Shown here one piece after another: positions 57,181 to 64,000 of a stretch of 64,000 nt of DNA. The DNA comes from Kiritimatiellia bacterium. Lineage in GTDB: Bacteria > Verrucomicrobiota > Kiritimatiellia > JAAZAB01. The notes beneath the pieces were generated by a model. It did no database searches and had not been told where the DNA came from. It worked only from the letters and a program-made list of their open reading frames with translations. Made by a program: the position numbers and the translations under genes. The stretch lies in contig JAXGPF010000003.1 of the NCBI GenBank assembly GCA_040767085.1, forward strand, positions 480,001-544,000, in the 5' to 3' direction. The stretch's first letter is position 1. Every line of letters starts with the position of its first letter.

Positions 57181-60100
57181 ATGAACTTCAAAACATTGCT
57201 GTCGCTGTCATGTCTGGCTTGGGGCGCGGCCGTTGCGCCAGCCGCGGACTATTACGTCAGCCCGGACGGTGATGACGCTCACGACGGCTTGTCGCTGACT
57301 GCGGCCAAAAAGACCATCCAGGCCGCCGTCAATGCCGCCGCGGACGGCGATGCCGTCCATGTGAATGACGGCACGTATGTGCTGGCCGCCGCCGTCAACC
57401 TTGCCAAGCCCCTGACTTTGGCCGGGATCAACGGACGGGACGCGGTTTTCATTGACGGCAACAATGACGTGCGCTGCATGAATGTCACTCATCCGGGAGC
57501 GGTCGTGGAAGGCTTGACCATCTGCCATGGCCAGGATGCTGCGTTCCTTTCAGGTATCGGCGGGGTGAATAATCAGGGCATCATCCGCAATTGCGCTATC
57601 ATCAGCAATTACGCGGCCTGGGGCATCGGGGGGATCGCAAATGCCGGCCGGATGACCGGCTGCCTGGTTTATACCAACACCGGATTGCTGATCGGCGGGG
57701 CGGCCAACAATGCCGGAGGCGTTATCGCCGATTGCGTGGTATCCGGAAATTACGCCGGGGTGGCCGCGGGATTGTCCAATGACGGTCTGGTCAGTAATTG
57801 CGTGGTCATGGCCAACCATAGCGTTTCCTCCGGCGGCGGGGTGATGAACAATGCCTCGGGGCTGGTATGCGACAGCGCCATCGCCGGCAATACCGCGGCG
57901 GCCAGCGCCGGCGGAGTTTACAATATCGGCGGCAGCTTGTCCGGATGCAATATCCATGACAATGCGGCGCCGGAAGGCGCCGGCCTGGTAAACACCAACG
58001 GAGGGATCATTGAATCCTGCACCATCGCCTATAACGCTGCTCTTACCAATGGCGGCGGCGCGTTAAACTCAGGAATCATCTCCAATTGCACCGTGACCGG
58101 CAATACAGCCCAGGAATATGGCGGCGGCATTCATAATTTGTCCGAAGGCTGGATTTACGATTGCACGGTGATTTCCAATACCGCCACAATGGAAGAAATG
58201 GGTTTTACCGGCGGCGGCGGCATATTCAACGAGGCCGGCGAAGTCTGGAATTGCCGGGCGACTTATAACGAAGCGACTCTGGGCGCGGGCATCTATAATT
58301 ATGATGGATTGGCTAATTACTGCCTCGCGGAATATAATTCCGCCGGGTGCGGCGGCGGTATATACAGCGAGGGCGACAAGGCCCGCGTCTGGAATTGCGT
58401 GCTGCGTTATAACCGGGCGATACAGATAGAAGGGATCGGCGGGGGCGCATATTGCGACGAAAACACCGACATGCGCAATTGCCTCGTAGCGGGCAACGAA
58501 GCCATCGGGGGCGGCGGCCTGGTCAATTGGGGCATTGTGTATAATTGCATGGTTATGGGCAACAAGGCCATCTCCCTGGGAGGGGGCATGGTCAATTTAA
58601 ATCTGGCCTGGAATTGCATTGTGCGGGGCAATACCGCGCCGATGGAGGCGGATTATTATGATGATGGCGAAGGGTTGATCGCTTATTCCTGCCTGCCGCA
58701 GCCGGTTGCCGGCGACGGCAATATCACCGCTGATCCCGGCTTGATCAATCCGGGAAGCGGGTTCGGCCTGGAGCATGTTTACGGCGATTATCGCCTCGCC
58801 GCCGGATCGCCCTGCATTGACGCCGGCCAGATGGCCGGCTGGATGCTTGATCCCGCGGCAACCGACCTGGACGGCAATCCACGCATTATCTACGATGAAC
58901 CGGATATTGGCCCATTCGAGTATTTTGCGCCGCCGACGGTCGTGACGGCTTCGGACGGACTTTATGCCGGTTATGTGCGGATAAGCTGGAATACGTCCGA
59001 TCCCGCGCCGGCATATTATGAAGTCTGGCGCGCAGGGACCAACGACCCCAACCAGTCCGCCCGGCTGGCTTCCGCGGCCGGCTTGAGTTATGATGACACA
59101 TCGGCGCAGCCCGGCGCGTTGTATTATTACTGGGTGCGTCCGGTGATGGCCGGGCTGGGACCGTTCAGCGTTTCCGATTCCGGGTGGCGCATTATCCAGG
59201 CGCCGGACGCCCTGGCCGCTTCCGATGGATTATTTACCGATTCCGTGGGGTTATCATGGACGGAGGCGCCGGGCGCCGAAGGCTACAAGGTTTACCGGGG
59301 CACCACCCCGGAATTTACCCAGGCGGCGGAGATCGCAGCGCCAGCCCTGGCCGCATATGCGGATGTTTCCGCTGCGCCCGGCGTGCCTTACCATTACTGG
59401 GTTTGCGCCGTGGGTTTGTTCGCCACGAGCACACCCAGCGCGCCGGACACCGGCTGGCGGCGCAGCATGGCGTCCACGCAGAATGCCTGGGGCGATTTCG
59501 ACGGCGATGGCCTGATGGATCTGGCGATTTACAATGCTCAAACCGGTTTCTGGCAGATTCTGCTTTCCGGCAGCAATTATGCCGCCACCAGCATGCAGTT
59601 GGGCGGGCCGGGGAGCGTTCCGGTGACCGGCGACTTTAACAGCGACGGCCGCACCGATCCGGCGGTTTATCGCGAGGCTGACGGCGAATGGGCGGTCTTC
59701 ATGTCCAACGGATCGTTATGGCATCTCGTCACGTGCATATTTGGCGGCCCGGACTGGCAGGCCGCACCGTCGGATTTTGAAGGCGACGGCAAGACCGATC
59801 CGGTGATTTACTCGCGCAATTCCGGCCAATGGCGCGCCATGTTGTCCGGCGCCGGTTATGCCATCGCCGAGACGGTTCTGGGCGGCGCGGGCTGGCAGGC
59901 CGTTCCGGCGGATTTTGACGGCGACGGCAAAGCCGATCCGGCGGTTTACCGGGAGGCCGATGGCGCCTGGTCGGCCATGCTTTCCGGCGCCGGTTACACG
60001 CCGGCCGCCGCGGCTTTCGGCGGCACGGGGTGGCGGGCGGTCCCGGCGGATTATGACGGCGATTACAAGGCGGACCCGGGCATTTACAACATTCATTCCG

Positions 60101-60324
60101 GCGCCTGGCAGGCCCTCCTTTCCGGCACCGGGTATGCATCGGCCGGCACGGTGTTTGGCGGTGAGAACTGGCTGCCATTGCCGGCGGATTATGACGGGGA
60201 TGGCAAGGCGGATCTGGTCGTGTTCTATGCCGGCACCGGCCAATGGCGCGCCCTGCTGTCAAATTCCGGCTACGCCGAAACGGATGCCCTGTTCGGCGCC
60301 CCGGGCTGGCAACCCTTGCGTTGA
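57181..60324 (+). CDS. Large exported protein: right-handed beta-helix, anchor-like linker, two Ig/FN3-like domains, FG-GAP-like repeats
   Basis: AAGGAGG RBS, signal peptide, YYVSPDGDD..KKTIQAAV, N-A..GGG..NC repeats, DYRLAAGSPCIDAG..DIGPFE, ASDG..W..YYYWV, six D(F/Y)DGDG-type repeats. Confidence 0.88.
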   Translation: MNFKTLLSLSCLAWGAAVAPAADYYVSPDGDDAHDGLSLTAAKKTIQAAVNAAADGDAVHVNDGTYVLAAAVNLAKPLTLAGINGRDAVFIDGNNDVRCMNVTHPGAVVEGLTICHGQDAAFLSGIGGVNNQGIIRNCAIISNYAAWGIGGIANAGRMTGCLVYTNTGLLIGGAANNAGGVIADCVVSGNYAGVAAGLSNDGLVSNCVVMANHSVSSGGGVMNNASGLVCDSAIAGNTAAASAGGVYNIGGSLSGCNIHDNAAPEGAGLVNTNGGIIESCTIAYNAALTNGGGALNSGIISNCTVTGNTAQEYGGGIHNLSEGWIYDCTVISNTATMEEMGFTGGGGIFNEAGEVWNCRATYNEATLGAGIYNYDGLANYCLAEYNSAGCGGGIYSEGDKARVWNCVLRYNRAIQIEGIGGGAYCDENTDMRNCLVAGNEAIGGGGLVNWGIVYNCMVMGNKAISLGGGMVNLNLAWNCIVRGNTAPMEADYYDDGEGLIAYSCLPQPVAGDGNITADPGLINPGSGFGLEHVYGDYRLAAGSPCIDAGQMAGWMLDPAATDLDGNPRIIYDEPDIGPFEYFAPPTVVTASDGLYAGYVRISWNTSDPAPAYYEVWRAGTNDPNQSARLASAAGLSYDDTSAQPGALYYYWVRPVMAGLGPFSVSDSGWRIIQAPDALAASDGLFTDSVGLSWTEAPGAEGYKVYRGTTPEFTQAAEIAAPALAAYADVSAAPGVPYHYWVCAVGLFATSTPSAPDTGWRRSMASTQNAWGDFDGDGLMDLAIYNAQTGFWQILLSGSNYAATSMQLGGPGSVPVTGDFNSDGRTDPAVYREADGEWAVFMSNGSLWHLVTCIFGGPDWQAAPSDFEGDGKTDPVIYSRNSGQWRAMLSGAGYAIAETVLGGAGWQAVPADFDGDGKADPAVYREADGAWSAMLSGAGYTPAAAAFGGTGWRAVPADYDGDYKADPGIYNIHSGAWQALLSGTGYASAGTVFGGENWLPLPADYDGDGKADLVVFYAGTGQWRALLSNSGYAETDALFGAPGWQPLR

Positions 60325-60371
60325 TAACTGCAGACTTCCTGTTATGCCGAGTTCAACATGACAGGAAAGGT

Positions 60372-60579
60372 TTATCCATGCAGCCCGGTTGGCTTACACA
60401 CGCACTTCCAAATATCCACAACGCTTGTCATAGCCGGGATCACCGGAAGGCGCCACTGGAAATTTGCGCCCTTCCGGATAATTTTCGCGGAAGAACGAAA
60501 GCGCCGCGGCATTAAATGCCGCCGGATTTCATTTACACTCGACCGCGTCAACTTCATCACGCCGTCTTGGAATGATAAA
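60372..60579 (-). pseudogene. Decayed 3' fragment resembling the C-terminus of an AAA-ATPase/DUF4143-type protein
   Basis: Manual translation FIIPRRRDEVDAVECK*NPAAFNAAALSFFRENYPEGR..LEVRV; nuclease-like D..E-x-K pattern with an in-frame stop; no start. Confidence 0.5.
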
Positions 60580-63177
60580 TCAGGGATCAAACACCATCCG
60601 CTCCGGAATTTTCAGATCGGACCGGGCGCGGATATCGGCGGAAGACGCGCCGGCTTCCCACACCAGACGCCCCGGATTCAGCGCAAACTGCCCGGCGTCC
60701 CCGTCATAATACGCCAGGTCGCGCAATGGAATTCCGGCCGCAATCCGCCGCGTGGCGCCCGCCGGAATCCGCACGCGTTTAAATGCCTTGAGCATCCGGC
60801 GCGCGCGCGGCGCGGGCGCCGCCGGCGTCTGCGCGTAAAACTGCACCACCTCATCGCCGGCGCGCCGGCCTGTATTTTGAACATCAACTTGCACTGTCAA
60901 CGCATCGCCTGCCAGCCGCGCGCGCAAGTTTGAATATCGGAACGAAGTATAACTCAGGCCGTGGCCGAACGGGAACAGCGGTTTTTGGCGCAGGTACATG
61001 TACGTCCGGCCATGGGACACTTCATAATCGTCAAAGGGCGGCAACTGGCGGGACGAGCGGTAAAATGTCAGCGGCAGCCGGCCGGCCGGATTATGCCGGC
61101 CAAAGAGCACGTCGGCCAGGGCGCGGCCGCCGCTCTCCCCCGGATACCAGGCCGCCATGATCGCCGGAACGCGCGCGGCCAGCGCGCGGATATCCAGCGC
61201 GCTGCCGGTTTCCAGGACCGCCACCGTGCGGGGATTGACCCGCAGCACCCGGCGCAGCATTTCAACTTGTTCGGGGGGCAAGCGGATATCCGGACGGTCC
61301 AGCCCTTCGCTTTCGTAACGCGTGCTGATTCCCACCACCGCCACTACCGCGTCGCACGCGCGCGCGGCCTGGACTTCCGGGGCAAACGCCTTGATTGCCG
61401 GCGGCATCGGTTGATTCCACTCCAGCATGACGGACTTGCGCGAGGGGTATTTGTCCGTGGCAAAATGCTCGACCCGGATTCTATATTCCCGTCCGGCCTC
61501 CAGCGGTACGCTGATAATTTTACGGTCCCAGCCGTGAATGATGTCGCGCCAGAGGTCTTCCACCAATCGGTCGTTTATGTAAAACCGCAGCCCTGAACTG
61601 AATCCTTGCTTGAACTTGTATGTGCCGGCGGCTTTTGGGCGCAAAATGGCGGTCCAGCGCGCCGAATAGTTGTCGGTCCGGACAAACGGATCGGACACCC
61701 AAAGCCAGTTGAAATTAATCGCCGGATCAACCCGCGTGCCCACCGGCTTGCCGCGCAAATGAGAATTATCGAAATATTCAGCGTAAAACCCGGGCTGCTT
61801 GCGCTCTCCCGCGCATGGCGTCAAAAGTTCGCCTGCAAACGGCATGAACTCATCGGGGCGGCAGTAACGCCATCGGACGGGATGGATCGCAACGCCCCGG
61901 GGATGATAGTTCAGCATGCCGGCGGCCGGTGAAATCGCCGGGCGGACGGGCGTACCGCTGTAATGCCCGAACAGGCATTCGTGGGCGTTATTGCCAATCA
62001 CGGCGACCGAACGAATGGTTTGGGGATCAAACGGCAGCAGGGGCCGCCCGCGCACTGGCGCATTTTTCATCAGCACGATGGATTCGCGCGCCGCGCGCAA
62101 TGCCAGTTGGGCATGCCGGCGGCACCCTACCCGGCTGGCGGGAATCCTGGCAAATGGAACGCGGGCGGGCGGATCGAACACCCCCAGGCGGATCATCACG
62201 CGCAGTATCCGCGCGCAGGCTTCGTCCAGGCGTTTTAGCGCAACCTTACCATTCTTAACGTTGTCCGCCTGATGCGCGGGGAACAGCATGTCATGGCCAA
62301 CCTCCACATCCAGGCCGGCATTCATGGCTTTGGCCGCGGCCGCCGCATCGGACTTGACATAATGATGGCGATCGAACATGCGCTTGACCCCGCCGGAATC
62401 GGAAACGATGTAACCGTCAAACCCCCATTCTCCGCGCGCGATTTCGATCAGCAGCTTGCGGCTGGCATGGCAGGGCAGATCGTTGATGGCGTTATAGGCG
62501 GCCATGATTGATTTTGCCCCGGCCTCCGCCACGCAGGCGCGGAAGCCCGGCAGGTAATATTCCCGCAAGGCGCGTTCGGAAACGCGCGCGTTGCATTCAA
62601 AGCGGTTGTGCTCTTCGTTGTTCATGGCGAAATGCTTGGGCGTGGCCACCGCCTTGAGGTAACGCGGATCGGCGCCCTGCAGTCCCCGGACGAAGGCCGC
62701 CCCCATCCGGGCGGTCAGGCAGGGATCCTCACCGTAGGTTTCCTGGGTGCGTCCCCAGCGCGGATCGCGCGCCATATTGACCACCGGCGAGAAAAAAGCG
62801 TAGCAATGCCCCAGTTTGTATTTTGTTGCCTGATCCAGGGAATTGACCATGGCGCGCGCCTCATCTGAAATCGCCGTGGCGATTTTCAGCATCAAGGCGT
62901 CATTGAACATGGCGGCCAGGGCGATGGCCTGGGGAAATACCGTGGCCGGGCCGGGGCGCAGAATGCCGTGCAAGGCCTCGTTTTCCATGTGAATCGGCGG
63001 TATGCCCAGCCGGGGCACGCCGGCGGTTCTGACGTTCAAGAAGCCAAGTTTGTCATGCAGCGTCAGCCTCTGCATCAGGTCGGCCAACCGCTGTTCGCGG
63101 GGCAAAGCGTGGTTCTGGAAGGGATATCGGCCGGAAAAGGCCGCTGACTGTCGTTTAGGCATGATTATCCTTGGCAT
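60580..63177 (-). CDS. Glycoside hydrolase family 3 (beta-glucosidase/xylosidase-like) with PA14 insertion and FN3 C-terminus
   Basis: NEALHG, RDPRWGRTQETYGEDP, PKHFA, SIMAAYN, GYIVSD, PA14 (AEYFDN..RVDPAINF..YSARW), AWYPGE.GG, PFGHGLSYT, GDEVVQFY. Confidence 0.95.
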   Translation of the reverse strand: MPRIIMPKRQSAAFSGRYPFQNHALPREQRLADLMQRLTLHDKLGFLNVRTAGVPRLGIPPIHMENEALHGILRPGPATVFPQAIALAAMFNDALMLKIATAISDEARAMVNSLDQATKYKLGHCYAFFSPVVNMARDPRWGRTQETYGEDPCLTARMGAAFVRGLQGADPRYLKAVATPKHFAMNNEEHNRFECNARVSERALREYYLPGFRACVAEAGAKSIMAAYNAINDLPCHASRKLLIEIARGEWGFDGYIVSDSGGVKRMFDRHHYVKSDAAAAAKAMNAGLDVEVGHDMLFPAHQADNVKNGKVALKRLDEACARILRVMIRLGVFDPPARVPFARIPASRVGCRRHAQLALRAARESIVLMKNAPVRGRPLLPFDPQTIRSVAVIGNNAHECLFGHYSGTPVRPAISPAAGMLNYHPRGVAIHPVRWRYCRPDEFMPFAGELLTPCAGERKQPGFYAEYFDNSHLRGKPVGTRVDPAINFNWLWVSDPFVRTDNYSARWTAILRPKAAGTYKFKQGFSSGLRFYINDRLVEDLWRDIIHGWDRKIISVPLEAGREYRIRVEHFATDKYPSRKSVMLEWNQPMPPAIKAFAPEVQAARACDAVVAVVGISTRYESEGLDRPDIRLPPEQVEMLRRVLRVNPRTVAVLETGSALDIRALAARVPAIMAAWYPGESGGRALADVLFGRHNPAGRLPLTFYRSSRQLPPFDDYEVSHGRTYMYLRQKPLFPFGHGLSYTSFRYSNLRARLAGDALTVQVDVQNTGRRAGDEVVQFYAQTPAAPAPRARRMLKAFKRVRIPAGATRRIAAGIPLRDLAYYDGDAGQFALNPGRLVWEAGASSADIRARSDLKIPERMVFDP

Positions 63178-63186
63178 TTACAGGCA

Positions 63187-63349
63187 TTAAGGTTCTCAAA
63201 ATAATATAGACATTAATTGAGCGCAATCTTGCATCGGTAGGGCGCCCAGTGCCGCCAGCGCGGCCCGCGCCTTGGGCGCCAAGGCGGGCAAGGGACTGCC
63301 CGCCCTACCAATCCATCAATAATCGTCCAGTCTATTATGAGAATATTAA
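63187..63349 (-). mobile_element. Miniature non-coding element (MITE/REPIN-like), copy B (inverted relative to A)
   Basis: Reverse complement of 50177-50340 except for one fewer G in CTGGGGCG; TTAA at both ends. Confidence 0.75.
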
Positions 63350-63418
63350 CACGTGCCGGCAGGCGAAGGCTGGATGACTTCACTACCAACGGAGCCCCCA
63401 CCCGCGTCCTTCTTCAAC

Positions 63419-63481
<63 letters not shown>

Positions 63482-63495
63482 CCATTTCCCGCCAG

Positions 63496-63999
63496 TCAAC
63501 CCCCGCTCCTCCACGGATATTTTATCCGCACCAATTCCCCTCCCTTGCGCGCCGACTCGGCGGCGTAAATCCCGGGCAGGGTCATCCGCAAACCTTCGCG
63601 CAGGCTGATGGGCGACGGCCCCCCCGCGCGGACGGCTTTGATGAACGCATCCCACATGGCATAGTCCAAGCCGCCATGGCCCAGCTTCACCTCTTTGGCA
63701 TATTCCGGACGGGTATAGCCGTCAATCGGCAATTCCATCCAGTTTTTGTAGCCGTAAAGCTCTTTGGAATAAAACAAAGTCCGCTGCTTAGCCGCGTGCT
63801 CGGTGCTTTGGAATGTCGGATAGGCAAGCGTCCGCTCGAAAGCGCCCTTGTCGGTGAAAAACCGGTAATTATGCTGGTAGCCGATTGGCGAATTATGGCA
63901 AAAAGAAGTCAGCAAATGCACCACGACATTGGACCTGGTGCGAAAAGTCGCGGTCATGGCGTCATGCACGCCCGGCTCGCCGGTGACATGGCTGCCGGT
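63496..63999 (-). CDS. Gfo/Idh/MocA-family oxidoreductase, C-terminal part (5' end outside the window)
   Basis: Frame is open to the edge; TGSHV, GHGGLDY, P.ISLREGLRMTLPGI.A.ESA..GG. Confidence 0.75.
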   Translation of the reverse strand, partial: TGSHVTGEPGVHDAMTATFRTRSNVVVHLLTSFCHNSPIGYQHNYRFFTDKGAFERTLAYPTFQSTEHAAKQRTLFYSKELYGYKNWMELPIDGYTRPEYAKEVKLGHGGLDYAMWDAFIKAVRAGGPSPISLREGLRMTLPGIYAAESARKGGELVRIKYPWRSGG

Positions 64000-64000
64000 A

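Overview
64-kb window of a GC-rich Gram-negative bacterium. PVC superphylum, most plausibly Kiritimatiellota-like, is inferred from the FG-GAP-like 'GGPGxxPVPADYDGDG' repeats and the 'DxDGDG..EY..GT.P.D' C-terminal modules. From left to right it holds: the 3' part of a type I R-M hsdR plus an M48 peptidase; a membrane glycosyltransferase and a divergent YchF-like gene; an ISL3 copy; a hydrolase; the core operon mreB-mreC-mreD-mrdA-rodA-rng-lptD, divergent from sugar kinase/glmU-like/glmM; and a ~23-kb accessory island (22.7-45.6 kb) with a NarL-type two-component system, a B12 radical SAM enzyme and a 15-kb operon of exported proteins. After the island come an nqrBCDEF-like operon with no nqrA, a 13-kb carbohydrate-use block bracketed by two inverted copies of a 164-bp TTAA-flanked REP-containing miniature element, and a partial oxidoreductase. 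The best candidate for an undescribed system is the exported operon. It encodes three tandem two-domain cupredoxin proteins, none with a full set of multicopper-oxidase ligands, whose copper motifs are complementary and suggest a heterotrimeric split MCO. The subunit with the type-1 copper site is fused to a vanadium-haloperoxidase/PAP2 domain. The ~1,770-aa scaffold-like gene upstream is split by a second, apparently identical ISL3 copy. No rRNA, tRNA or CRISPR array was seen.
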